Assembly (NCBI GenBank): GCA_002422455.1
Contig: DIVK01000060.1
Span: 13,428 to 77,427, forward strand
Source: Rhodoferax sp. UBA6134
Lineage (GTDB): Bacteria > Pseudomonadota > Gammaproteobacteria > Burkholderiales > Burkholderiaceae_C
Length of the DNA stretch: 64,000 nucleotides
Direction of reading: 5' to 3'
The notes under the pieces are model-generated. The model did no database searches, was not told where the DNA came from, and saw only the letters and a program-made list of their open reading frames with translations. The position numbers and the translations under genes were made by a program. Below, in pieces: positions 19,361 to 28,664 of this stretch. Numbering within the stretch: position 1 is the first letter of the stretch; each line of letters opens with the position of its first letter.

Positions 19361-19484
19361 GGCTGGTCAGCGCCCGCTCCTGGGCGCTTGCATTCCTTCC
19401 CCGACCTGCCGGCCGTTCGCCTGAACAGGCGCTGCTGCCCTGAGCGTCGTGTCCTTCCATAGATTTGAAAAAAAGGTGGTTTTC

Positions 19485-20519
19485 ATGAGTGCCGTAGCGA
19501 AAGTGTGGCGTCCTGATTCAAGACTGACGGATCGCGTTGACCTGTCTGTTGTGGTTCCCATTTACAACGAGCGCCCGGTGCTCCCCCTGCTCTACAGGCG
19601 GTTGCGCAGCGTGCTGGACCCGTTGGAAACAAGCTATGAGATCGTGCTGGTTGACGATGGCAGCAGCGACGGCAGCGGTGATGCCCTGCTTGAACTGGCG
19701 GCGACCAGCTCAGTGGTCAAGGTTGTTCGCCTGAGCCGCAATTTCGGCAAGGAGGCTGCCCTGACTGCGGGGCTGGACCAGACGTGCGGCGAGGCGGTGA
19801 TCATCCTGGATGCAGACTTGCAGGATCCGCCGGAACTCATTTCGCAGATGCTGGCCGCGTTTCGCAATGGCTCCGACATTGTCTGCATGCGACGGCGTTC
19901 CCGCGCGGGTGAGACCTGGATCAAGCGTCTCAGTGCGCATCTTTTTTACCGTTTGTTAAACCGCATCAGCCAGGTTGAAATTCCTGAGGATACGGGCGAT
20001 TTTCGTCTGATGAGCCGGCGTGTTGTCAACGCCTTGCAACTTTTGCCGGAGCGAAATCGCTACATGAAGGGGTTGTTTGCCTGGGTTGGCTTTCCCACGC
20101 ACGTGATTGAGTATGACCGTGAGGCCCGCGCTGCCGGTTCGACCAAATGGGGTGCGCTGGGGCTCTTCGGGCTGGCGTTCGAGGGAATTACGTCGTTTTC
20201 GGTGGCGCCATTGCGTTGGGCCACCGGTCTGGGGTTGCTGGTCGCGCTGCTTGGTACTTCGTTCGGACTCTGGATCGTGGTCAATACCCTGATGTTTGGC
20301 AATCCCGTCGGGGGCTATCCATCCCTGATCGCCGTGATCACCTTCATGGGCGGCATTCAGTTGTTGTCCATCGGACTGGTCGGTGAATACGTCGGTAAAG
20401 TCTATTCCGAAACCAAGCAACGTCCCCTTTATGTGATTCGGGATGTCATCAGAAAAACTGCTGTGTCCGCAGATACAGCCCTTCTGCCGGAGCGCAAGTT
20501 TCATGTTGCATCGAATTAA
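19485..20519 (+). CDS. GT2 polyprenol-phosphate glycosyltransferase (GtrB/ArnC-like)
   Basis: VVVPIYNE, VDDGSSD, RNFGKEAA, DADLQDPP, two C-terminal TM helices. Confidence 0.92.
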   Translation: MSAVAKVWRPDSRLTDRVDLSVVVPIYNERPVLPLLYRRLRSVLDPLETSYEIVLVDDGSSDGSGDALLELAATSSVVKVVRLSRNFGKEAALTAGLDQTCGEAVIILDADLQDPPELISQMLAAFRNGSDIVCMRRRSRAGETWIKRLSAHLFYRLLNRISQVEIPEDTGDFRLMSRRVVNALQLLPERNRYMKGLFAWVGFPTHVIEYDREARAAGSTKWGALGLFGLAFEGITSFSVAPLRWATGLGLLVALLGTSFGLWIVVNTLMFGNPVGGYPSLIAVITFMGGIQLLSIGLVGEYVGKVYSETKQRPLYVIRDVIRKTAVSADTALLPERKFHVASN

Positions 20520-21954
20520 CGGCTGGTGGTGGCTGCTGGGCGCCGTCCTGGGCCTGCGTTTGCTGGGCATGGTATGGCTTCCGTTTGCAGACACCACCGA
20601 ACCGCGTTACGCTGAAATCTCCCGTTTGATGGTCACTACCGGTGACTGGATCACGCCCTGGTTCGCACCGGGCATTCCCTTCTGGGGCAAACCGCCGCTT
20701 GCTTTCTGGAGCGAGGCCGCTTCGTTCAAATTGCTGGGCGTCAACGAATTTGCGGCCCGGCTGCCGTCCTGGCTGGCCACCTTGGGAACGCTGGCTTTGA
20801 TCCATGTCCATGCCCGTTCCTTTTTCGGTGCGCGCGTTGCCCGATGGTCGCTTCTCGTCTACAGCACTTGTGCGTTGGTGTACGTCGCCGCCGGTGCCGT
20901 GCTTATGGACCCTTTTTTGGCACTCGCCACCACCTGGGCCATGGTGGCCTTCGCCATGGCGACGCGGCAGCCCACCTGGCCGTGGCAGTACGGTTTTTTT
21001 GTGGCCCTTGCCGTCGGTCTTCTGGCCAAGGGGCCGTTGATGCTGGTACTGGTGGCCGGACCCTTGATTCCCTGGCTGGCGTGGCATCCATCTGCGCGGG
21101 AGTCCTGCAAGACCTTGCCCTGGTTTTCCGGACTGGCACTCATGTTGGCATTGAGCGCGCCCTGGTACGTTTTGGCGGAACTGAAAACTCCCGGCTTTCT
21201 GAATTATTTTCTGGTTGGCGAGCATTTCCTGCGTTTCGTCGATTCTGGCTGGGCCGGTGACCTGTATGGCAATGCCCATGAACGGATGAAAGGCGCAATC
21301 TGGCTGGACGTGTTGTTGGCTTCCTTTCCGTGGGGCGTTGTGGCTCTGGGTGTGCTGCTGCGCCGGGTTGTTGATCCGGCCGGACGACGCGCGCTCGGGC
21401 AAGCGCTGCAAGATCCGGGCAAGACTTATTTGCTCGCCTGGGCGTTGTTTACCCCCGTATTCTTTACGTTCGCGGGCAATATTTTGTGGACCTATGTACT
21501 GCCCGGGCTGGCTGCCTTCAGCATCCTGACGGCCATTGCACTGGCCGAGTGGCAGGAAAAAAGAAAACTCAACCGGCGCATGTTGTACGCGCTTGCCAGT
21601 CTCTGTCCCTTACTGATATCTGCTTACATGGTCCTGGTCGTGGCTCAGCCGCAGCGCTTGAAAACCGAGAAGGAACTCGTCGCCCATGCTGTACGGCATA
21701 TGCAGCCTGGAGAGCGGCTGGCCTTTCTGGGGGCGACGCCATTCTCGGCAACGTTTTATTCCCGGGGTCAGGCCAGCTCCATCACAAGTGAAGACCTGGC
21801 CGCCACGGTGAGTCGCCCCACTGGGCTGTACCTCGCTGTGCCCAGGGCCGAATTTGATCAGGTGTCAAAGAGCCTGAACATGCCGCTCACCAAAGTATTC
21901 GAGAGTCAACGGTATATATTGACGATCGTTTCCCATCAATCACCGGGATATTGA
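20503..21954 (+). CDS. ArnT/PMT-family (GT-C fold) membrane glycosyltransferase
   Basis: DTTEPRYAEISRLM...GDWITP...FWGKPPL...LAKGP; polytopic; overlaps the GT2 stop. Confidence 0.88.
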   Translation: MLHRINGWWWLLGAVLGLRLLGMVWLPFADTTEPRYAEISRLMVTTGDWITPWFAPGIPFWGKPPLAFWSEAASFKLLGVNEFAARLPSWLATLGTLALIHVHARSFFGARVARWSLLVYSTCALVYVAAGAVLMDPFLALATTWAMVAFAMATRQPTWPWQYGFFVALAVGLLAKGPLMLVLVAGPLIPWLAWHPSARESCKTLPWFSGLALMLALSAPWYVLAELKTPGFLNYFLVGEHFLRFVDSGWAGDLYGNAHERMKGAIWLDVLLASFPWGVVALGVLLRRVVDPAGRRALGQALQDPGKTYLLAWALFTPVFFTFAGNILWTYVLPGLAAFSILTAIALAEWQEKRKLNRRMLYALASLCPLLISAYMVLVVAQPQRLKTEKELVAHAVRHMQPGERLAFLGATPFSATFYSRGQASSITSEDLAATVSRPTGLYLAVPRAEFDQVSKSLNMPLTKVFESQRYILTIVSHQSPGY

Positions 21955-22059
21955 AAGTCGGCGTGTATCATGATCAGGGAAGGGGAACATTTTGACGAAA
22001 TCCCGTCCTGCAGGGTAGGGCAAAAACGCCCTGTGCAATGAGCCGGGGTCTATAAATAA

Positions 22060-22440
22060 ATGCGCAGGTTGCCACGAACCATTCTGTCGTTGATGTTGCT
22101 GCTCTTCCTGCTGGCAAGCTTGGGTGCGCGCGGGTTTCATTCGAAAGAGTTGCTTCACGACCTGGAGCACCATGGTCAAAACAGCAATGCAATTCTGGAT
22201 TGCGCCCACGAAGCAACTGCGCCTGACAACGGTGAAAAAGCACAGTCTGAACCGTTCGACGAAGCCGAACATCATCTGTTTCATTCCGTCAGCACGCAGT
22301 ACCTGCTGGCAAGCGCCATAGGAAATTTCTCCTGGGATGCCTCCGCTCCGATATTGGTGCCGGCTTCGGATGCCCCCAAGCTGCCAGCGGCTGAGCTTGA
22401 GCCGCCCTACCGGCCACCCCGAAGCCTGACCCTCACCTGA
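22060..22440 (+). CDS. CzcI/DUF2946-like leader protein with C-terminal RPPR
   Basis: Signal-like N-terminus, HDLEHH and EHHLFH, ends LEPPYRPPRSLTLT. Confidence 0.75.
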   Translation: MRRLPRTILSLMLLLFLLASLGARGFHSKELLHDLEHHGQNSNAILDCAHEATAPDNGEKAQSEPFDEAEHHLFHSVSTQYLLASAIGNFSWDASAPILVPASDAPKLPAAELEPPYRPPRSLTLT

Positions 22441-22540
22441 CCGCGCCTGCGTCGCGGAGTCGCTTGCGTTTTTTCTTCCGGCTCATCCGGACTGCGTTGC
22501 CATGCCTGGCACGTTTTCAGATATTTCTTGAGGTTTCGTC

Positions 22541-23671
22541 ATGAACATGAATCGTTCGTTCTTTCCGGCTCGCGTCAGCGCCTGTGCCATGGCGGTGCTC
22601 TGCACCTTGACAATCACAGCACAGGCGGCAGACCGGCCCGCGAAATTTGTTGTGGCCAGCAGTCAGGTGCAGGCCTTGGGCATCCAGACGATGCCATTGC
22701 AAAACCAGGCAGAGTCGGTGCGAACCAGTTACCCGGCGCAGGTTGTGATGCCGCCGAATGCAGAGCGGGTCATCAGTTCGCCGGTGGCGGGGTTGATCCT
22801 GCAGTTGCTGGTGCAGCCTAACCAGATGGTGCGCGCTGGCGCGCCCTTGGTCCGTATTGCCAGCCCGGAACTCGGGCAGTTGCAGTTGCAGCTGCTTCAG
22901 GCCGGTGCCCGCGCCACGCTGGCCCGGCAGGCGGCCCAGCGGGAAAAGGATCTTTTTGACGAGGGGCTGATCGCGCAGCGCCGCGTGCAGGAGGCGCAAG
23001 CGGCCATGCAGGAGGCCGAGGCGACGCTGAAACAGGCCAAAACCGCCTTGCGTCTGGGCGGCATGCCGCTGGCCACCATCGACCGTGTGGCGGCATCCGG
23101 CAACCCCCAGGACAGCCTGGTGCTGAGCGCAACGCAGGCCGGTGTGGTGACCGAAATCAAGGTCAAGCCGGGTCAGCGGGTCGACGCCAGCACGCCCTTG
23201 CTGCACCTGGCGCAGACCGGCACGCTGTGGCTTGAAATCCAGGTGCCGGTGGCTGACAGCGGCGGTTGGGCGCCGGGTACCCCACTGAAGGCGCCGGGAC
23301 GCGACATCACGGCGCGGATTCTGAGCAGTGGTGCCACGGTTGCCGCCGACAGTCAGATGGTGGTGATGCGGGCCGTGGTTCAGGGCAAGGTTGGCCAGGT
23401 GCGGCCGGGCGAGCTGTTGAGCGTCGAGTTGCCAGTGGCGGCCACGGCGGGCGGATGGGATCTACCGTTATCCGCCGTGGCGCATGACGACGATCAGGCC
23501 TATGTATTCGTGCGCACGCCGGATGGGTTTGAAGCGAGACCTGTCAAGGTCGTGGCCAGTGCCGCTCAGCGGGTCCGGGTGCAGGGTCCGGTCAAGGCGG
23601 GCGAGCAGGTCGCGGTCAGCGGTGTGGTGGCACTCAAGGGCGCCTGGTTGAATGACAGGGAGAGTAAGTGA
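22541..23671 (+). CDS. RND efflux periplasmic adaptor (CzcB-like)
   Basis: Signal peptide, lipoyl-like SSPVAG...V.PNQMV, coiled hairpin, LPLSAV...YVFV. Confidence 0.9.
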   Translation: MNMNRSFFPARVSACAMAVLCTLTITAQAADRPAKFVVASSQVQALGIQTMPLQNQAESVRTSYPAQVVMPPNAERVISSPVAGLILQLLVQPNQMVRAGAPLVRIASPELGQLQLQLLQAGARATLARQAAQREKDLFDEGLIAQRRVQEAQAAMQEAEATLKQAKTALRLGGMPLATIDRVAASGNPQDSLVLSATQAGVVTEIKVKPGQRVDASTPLLHLAQTGTLWLEIQVPVADSGGWAPGTPLKAPGRDITARILSSGATVAADSQMVVMRAVVQGKVGQVRPGELLSVELPVAATAGGWDLPLSAVAHDDDQAYVFVRTPDGFEARPVKVVASAAQRVRVQGPVKAGEQVAVSGVVALKGAWLNDRESK

Positions 23672-26600
23672 TGCTGGCCCGTCTTGTTCAATTTTCGCTG
23701 GCGCAACGCTTGTTTGTTCTGCTGGCAACCCTGATGGTGGCCGGCGCGGGCTGGTATGCCTTGCGCGGATTGCCGATCGACGCCTTCCCGGACGTCTCCA
23801 GCACGCAGGTCAAGGTCATCATGAAAGCGCCCGGCATGACACCGGAAGAGGTCGAGAGCCGCATCGCGGTGCCGATCGAGGTGGAAATGCTCGGCATCCC
23901 GAAAACCAGAATTCTGCGCTCGGTCACCAAGTACGGTCTGGTGGACGTGACGATCGACTTCGAGGACGGTACCGACATTTACTGGGCACGCCAGCAGGTG
24001 AGCGAGCGCCTGAGCGGGCTGAGTGACAGCCTGCCTGCCGGCATCTCCGGCGGCATGGCGCCGGTCACGACCCCGCTCGGCGAGATGTACATGTTCACGG
24101 TGGAGAGCGAGGCGATGTCCCTGGCCGAGCGGCGCAGCCTGCTGGACTGGGTCATCCGGCCCGCGCTGCGAACCGTGCCCGGCGTTGCCGATGTCAACGC
24201 CTTGGGTGGTGTCGTCCGGGCCTACGAGGTGGTGCCCGACCCTGTGCGCATGGCAGCCAGCGGTGTGACGATCACGCAGTTGAAGGAAGCGGTCGAGGCG
24301 AACAATCGCAACGATGGCGCCGGCCGGCTGGGTGAGGGGGACGAAGTGCTGCTGGTCCGCAGCGAGGGGAGCATCATCAGTCTGGAAGATATGCGCGCCA
24401 TCGTGGTGACCATGAAGGACGGCGCCCCGGTTCGCCTGGGCAATCTGGCCGAAGTCAAGATCGGCACAGTGACCCGTTATGGTGTTGTGACGCAGAGCGG
24501 TCGTGGCGAGGCCGTGCAAGGGCTGGTACTGGGCCTGGCCGGTGCCAACGCGAAGATGGTGGTGGAAGGGGTGCGCAAGAAGCTGGAAGAACTGCAGCCG
24601 ACCTTGCCGCCCGGCGTCGAGATCAAGACTTTCTATGACCGCGCTTCGCTGGTTTCCAAGGCGGTGAATGCTGTCTCGTCCGCCCTGATCGAAGCAACGG
24701 TACTGGTGATCGTTCTGCTCGGCCTGTTTCTGGGCAACATCCGTGCGGCACTGACGGTGGCCCTGGTGCTCCCTCTGGCGGCCCTGATCACGTTTATCCT
24801 GATGCGCGCCTTCGGCATGTCGGCCAACCTGATGAGCCTGGGCGGCCTGGCCATTGCCATTGGCATGCTGGTGGATGCGGCAGTGGTGGTGGTGGAGAAC
24901 ATCGTGCAGCGTCTGGCGACCGATCCCACGGCCGGCAAGTTGCCCCGGCTGCACACGATCTACCGGGCGGTGCGTGAAGTGGCGGTGCCGGTCACAGCCG
25001 GGATTTTGATCATCATCACCGTCTTTCTGCCTTTGCTCACATTGCAGGGCCTGGAAGGCAAATACTTTGTGCCGGTGGCGCTAACCATCGTTTTTGCCCT
25101 GGCCGGTTCGCTGCTGCTGTCATTGACCGTGATTCCCGTGCTCGCCTCCTATTTGCTGCGCGAGGTCAGGCATGAAGACCCGTGGTTGCCGCGCAAGCTG
25201 CTGATGCTTTACGAACCGGCGCTGGTCTGGGGCCTGCAACGGCAGCGCATCGTCGCCGCGGTGGCGGTGGCGATGCTGCTGGCCGCCGGCGTGATCTACA
25301 CCCAGGTGGGCAAGACCTTCATGCCGACGATGGATGAGGGCGACCTGATCGTCGGCATCGAGAAACTGCCATCGGTCAGTCTGGAGCAAAGCGCCGAGCT
25401 CGACCTGAGAATCCATCGCGCCCTCATGCAGGCCATACCGGAAGTGCATGGCATCGTCGCCCGTGCCGGCTCCGATGAAATCGGCCTCGATCCGATGGGG
25501 CTGAACCAGACCGACACCTACCTGCTGCTGAAGCCGCAAGGTGAGTGGCGCATGAAGAACAAGGAAGCGCTGATGGACGAAGTGCGCAAGGTGCTCGACC
25601 CCATGCCCGGCATCCAGTACAGCTTCACGCAGCCGATTGAAATGCGGGTGTCGGAAATGATCATCGGTGTACGCGGCGACCTGGCCGTCAAGATTTTCGG
25701 CCCCGACCTGGACAAGCTGAACCAGTATGCGAGCCAGGTGGAGGCGTTGCTCAAGACCGTTCCCGGCAACCAGGACGTGTACACGGTGCAAAACGATGGC
25801 GTGCAGTACCTGCGGGTGGCTGTGGACCGCTTGCAGGCCGGACGTCTCGGCTTGAGCGTCGAGGAAATCCAGGATGCCTTGCGCATGCAGATTGAAGGTC
25901 AGCGCGCGGGTGTCGTCATTGAGGGCAATCGCCGCACACCCATTGTCTTGCGTGGCGCCGAGAGCATCCGGATGTCGCCGGCCGATTTTGGTGCCATGCG
26001 CATCACGACCAAGGAGGGCCATACGATTGCCTTGACCAGCGTCGCCAAGCTTGAACGCGCCGCCGGCCCGGTCAAGATTGACCGCGAAATGGGCAGCCGC
26101 TACAGCGTGGTTATCGCCAACGTGGCTGGTCGGGACCTGGTGGGCTTTGTGGAGGAGGCGAAGGCGCTGGTGGTTCAAAAAGTGCCGCTGGACACGGGCT
26201 ACCGCATCAGCTGGGGCGGCCAGTTCGAAAACCAGCAGCGCGCCGCAGCCCGGCTGACGGTGGTTGTTCCGGTCGCGCTCGGATTGATTTTCGTGCTGCT
26301 GTTTTCAACCTTCCGTTCCGTGCGCCAGGCCCTGCTCATTCTGAGCATCATCCCGTTCGCGCTGGTGGGTGGCATCGTTGCCCTGTGGGCGACGGGCGAA
26401 TACCTGTCGGTGCCCGCGTCGGTGGGCTTCATCGCCTTGCTGGGCATCACGGTTCTCAATGGCGTGGTCCTGGTGAGCTACTTCAATCAGTTGCAGAGCG
26501 AGGGCATGAGGCTGGGTGAGGTCGTTGTGCAGGGCGCCAAGCGCCGGCTGCGGCCGGTGCTGATGACGGCTTCCATCACCGCCTTTGGTTTGATTCCGTT

Positions 26601-26754
26601 GTTGTTTGCAACTGGCCCGGGGTCTGAAATACAGAGGCCACTGGCCATTGTGGTGATTGGCGGCCTGATCACGGCCACTGCACTGACCTTGATGCTGCTT
26701 CCCATTCTGTATTTGCGTTTTGCGTTCCCGAAACGAGAGGTTTCAGATGTCTGA
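23668..26754 (+). CDS. Heavy-metal efflux RND permease (CzcA/CusA family)
   Basis: LPIDAFPDVS, GMTPEEVE, TM4 AIAIGMLVDAAVVVVEN, RLRPVLMTA, GSEIQRPLA. Confidence 0.95.
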   Translation: MMLARLVQFSLAQRLFVLLATLMVAGAGWYALRGLPIDAFPDVSSTQVKVIMKAPGMTPEEVESRIAVPIEVEMLGIPKTRILRSVTKYGLVDVTIDFEDGTDIYWARQQVSERLSGLSDSLPAGISGGMAPVTTPLGEMYMFTVESEAMSLAERRSLLDWVIRPALRTVPGVADVNALGGVVRAYEVVPDPVRMAASGVTITQLKEAVEANNRNDGAGRLGEGDEVLLVRSEGSIISLEDMRAIVVTMKDGAPVRLGNLAEVKIGTVTRYGVVTQSGRGEAVQGLVLGLAGANAKMVVEGVRKKLEELQPTLPPGVEIKTFYDRASLVSKAVNAVSSALIEATVLVIVLLGLFLGNIRAALTVALVLPLAALITFILMRAFGMSANLMSLGGLAIAIGMLVDAAVVVVENIVQRLATDPTAGKLPRLHTIYRAVREVAVPVTAGILIIITVFLPLLTLQGLEGKYFVPVALTIVFALAGSLLLSLTVIPVLASYLLREVRHEDPWLPRKLLMLYEPALVWGLQRQRIVAAVAVAMLLAAGVIYTQVGKTFMPTMDEGDLIVGIEKLPSVSLEQSAELDLRIHRALMQAIPEVHGIVARAGSDEIGLDPMGLNQTDTYLLLKPQGEWRMKNKEALMDEVRKVLDPMPGIQYSFTQPIEMRVSEMIIGVRGDLAVKIFGPDLDKLNQYASQVEALLKTVPGNQDVYTVQNDGVQYLRVAVDRLQAGRLGLSVEEIQDALRMQIEGQRAGVVIEGNRRTPIVLRGAESIRMSPADFGAMRITTKEGHTIALTSVAKLERAAGPVKIDREMGSRYSVVIANVAGRDLVGFVEEAKALVVQKVPLDTGYRISWGGQFENQQRAAARLTVVVPVALGLIFVLLFSTFRSVRQALLILSIIPFALVGGIVALWATGEYLSVPASVGFIALLGITVLNGVVLVSYFNQLQSEGMRLGEVVVQGAKRRLRPVLMTASITAFGLIPLLFATGPGSEIQRPLAIVVIGGLITATALTLMLLPILYLRFAFPKREVSDV

Positions 26755-27049
26755 ACTTTGTTTGACCATTCTTTGTCCGTCAGCCGTTGAGGAAAAACTG
26801 CTCGACCTGCTCCTGCTTTCGCCCAGCGTGGCCGTCTTTACGAGCGCATCGACGGCGGCCCATGGCCTGGCCACCGGCAGTCTCAGTCAGACCGAACAGG
26901 TGCTCGGGCGCGCGTTTGCGATCCAGGTGCAGGTCGTCATCCCTGATGCTGAAAGGCAGGCGTTGCTGGGGCGCCTGCAGGCGCAATTCGCCGGTGCGGG
27001 CCTGCGTTATTGGATTACCCCCGTGGTTGAAATCGGAGAAATAACATGA
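26747..27049 (+). CDS. DUF3240-family (P-II-like) protein
   Basis: LTILCP..VEEKLLDLL...GL..LSQTEQVLGR...LRYWITPV; between the RND permease and OMF genes. Confidence 0.75.
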   Translation: MSELCLTILCPSAVEEKLLDLLLLSPSVAVFTSASTAAHGLATGSLSQTEQVLGRAFAIQVQVVIPDAERQALLGRLQAQFAGAGLRYWITPVVEIGEIT

Positions 27050-28284
27050 TGAAGAAATTGTTTCTCGCGCTGCTGCTTGCGCTGGCGGGCGCCGTCCAGG
27101 CACTGGAGCCACCGAATGTTGCCGGACTTTTGCCGACCGCAGTCGCGCGCGCGCTGCTGGAGCAGGACCCGCGCGTGGCCGCTGCGCTGGCCGGCCGGGA
27201 AGTGGCACGGCAGGAGGCCGGCATACTGGACAAGTCGCCTTACGAATGGATTGCCAAAGCGCAAGGGCAACAGCGATCGATTGATGCCGGTGAGGGCTGG
27301 CGTGAATGGAATGTCGGCCTTGAACGGACGTTCAGACTGTCGGGCAAGGGTTCGGCCGATCGCAAGCTGGGCACGGCCACCATGGAGGAGTTTGAGGCAC
27401 GTTATGGCGTGGCTTTGCAGGAGTCTGCCCGGGAACTGGTGTCGCTCTGGGTGGATTGGCTGGCTGCGGAGCGCGGGCGCGAATTGGCTGCGGTCAATCT
27501 CAGGTCGGTTCAGGAGAATCTGGCGGCAGTGGAGAAACGCGTCCGCGCCGGCGACGTGTCAAAACTGGACCTCAACCTTGCCAGCGCTGAGTTGGCGGAG
27601 CAAAAGCGCATGGACAACGATGCCAGTACCCAGGCGTCTGCAGCTTGGTCGCGATTGTCTGTCCGCTTTCCCGGCATCAGCCGTCAAGCCATGGCATTGC
27701 CTTCTCCGGGGTTGATTGCAGGGGACGATGTGCAGTGGCGCGAGCGAATCATGGCCACCAGTGATGAGGTGAAGCTGGCACAAATGCAGATGCGGATCGC
27801 GCAGGCGCAGGCCGAGCGCGCGCAGGCAGACCGGGTTCCTGATCCGACTTTCGGTGTTTACACTGCTTCGGAAGGCGGTGGCCGGGAGCGGGTGTCTGGC
27901 ATCACCCTCAGCATTCCCTTTTCTGGCGGACTGCGCAACTTACACAGTGCCAGAGCCCTCGCAGCCGTCGAGGTGGCACGCAATGCCGTTGACCTCAAGC
28001 GGCGTGAGATGGAAACCGGGATCGCCGCCGCCTTGATCACGGCACGCGGCGCGTATGAAAGTCTGCGCATGGCCAACGAGAGCGCTGACGCCATGCGGGA
28101 AAACGCCAGACTGGTGCAACGCGCCTACGCGCTTGGTGAAGGGGACTTGCAAAGTCTGCTGTTGGCGCGCCGCCAGGCCATCTTGGCAGCCACGAGCGCC
28201 TTGCAAGCTCACGCAGCCGCTTTGAAGGGGTATTACGAACTGTTGATTGATGCTCGCCTTATTTGGGACATGGATCGCAAGTAA
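27046..28284 (+). CDS. TolC/CzcC-like outer membrane factor
   Basis: Signal peptide, helical repeats (KRVRAGDVSKLDL; RAYALGEGDL). Confidence 0.85.
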   Translation: MMKKLFLALLLALAGAVQALEPPNVAGLLPTAVARALLEQDPRVAAALAGREVARQEAGILDKSPYEWIAKAQGQQRSIDAGEGWREWNVGLERTFRLSGKGSADRKLGTATMEEFEARYGVALQESARELVSLWVDWLAAERGRELAAVNLRSVQENLAAVEKRVRAGDVSKLDLNLASAELAEQKRMDNDASTQASAAWSRLSVRFPGISRQAMALPSPGLIAGDDVQWRERIMATSDEVKLAQMQMRIAQAQAERAQADRVPDPTFGVYTASEGGGRERVSGITLSIPFSGGLRNLHSARALAAVEVARNAVDLKRREMETGIAAALITARGAYESLRMANESADAMRENARLVQRAYALGEGDLQSLLLARRQAILAATSALQAHAAALKGYYELLIDARLIWDMDRK

Positions 28285-28343
28285 CGCTGTGCGGAGCTTC
28301 AACGATCGGACTGGTTCAACTAGGACTTGAAGCTTCAGTTTTC

Positions 28344-28379
28344 GGGGGGGGGGGGCGGCGTTGCTCCCCCTTTCTTTTT
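28344..28379 (+). terminator. Probable intrinsic terminator of the efflux operon
   Basis: G-run/cggcgttgct/ccccc stem followed by tttcttttt. Confidence 0.55.
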
Positions 28380-28541
28380 GTGAAGCTCTCCCGAGAGCGT
28401 TCTATTTTTCATATTTCAAAAAAATGATTTCATAATATGAGAAATTTCCAATTTAACTTCATCGTTTTTTCTCAAGAAGAAAAAATAGTTTTCGTATTGC
28501 GGAATTATTTTTGCAACTTATTGATTTAATTAAATTAAAAA

Positions 28542-28588
28542 TATGTCTTCTATAAGACATAAGATTAAAAACGAGTCTTATAGAAGAC
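28542..28588. promoter_or_regulatory. Double palindromic operator upstream of aceA (SdhR/GntR-like motif)
   Basis: tatgtcttctataagacataaga plus gtcttatagaagac; the two cores are inverted copies of each other. Confidence 0.65.
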
Positions 28589-28664
28589 TTAGAATTGCAC
28601 TCGAAGTACCTGTCTTGCGTGGCAAGCGGTGCAAACTGTTTCAACCAACTCAAGGAGTGATCTC

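Noticed and set aside
28344-28355. G12 tract as a phase-variation site
   Set aside because: Intergenic and part of a terminator-like stem; no reading frame is affected and it may be a homopolymer artefact
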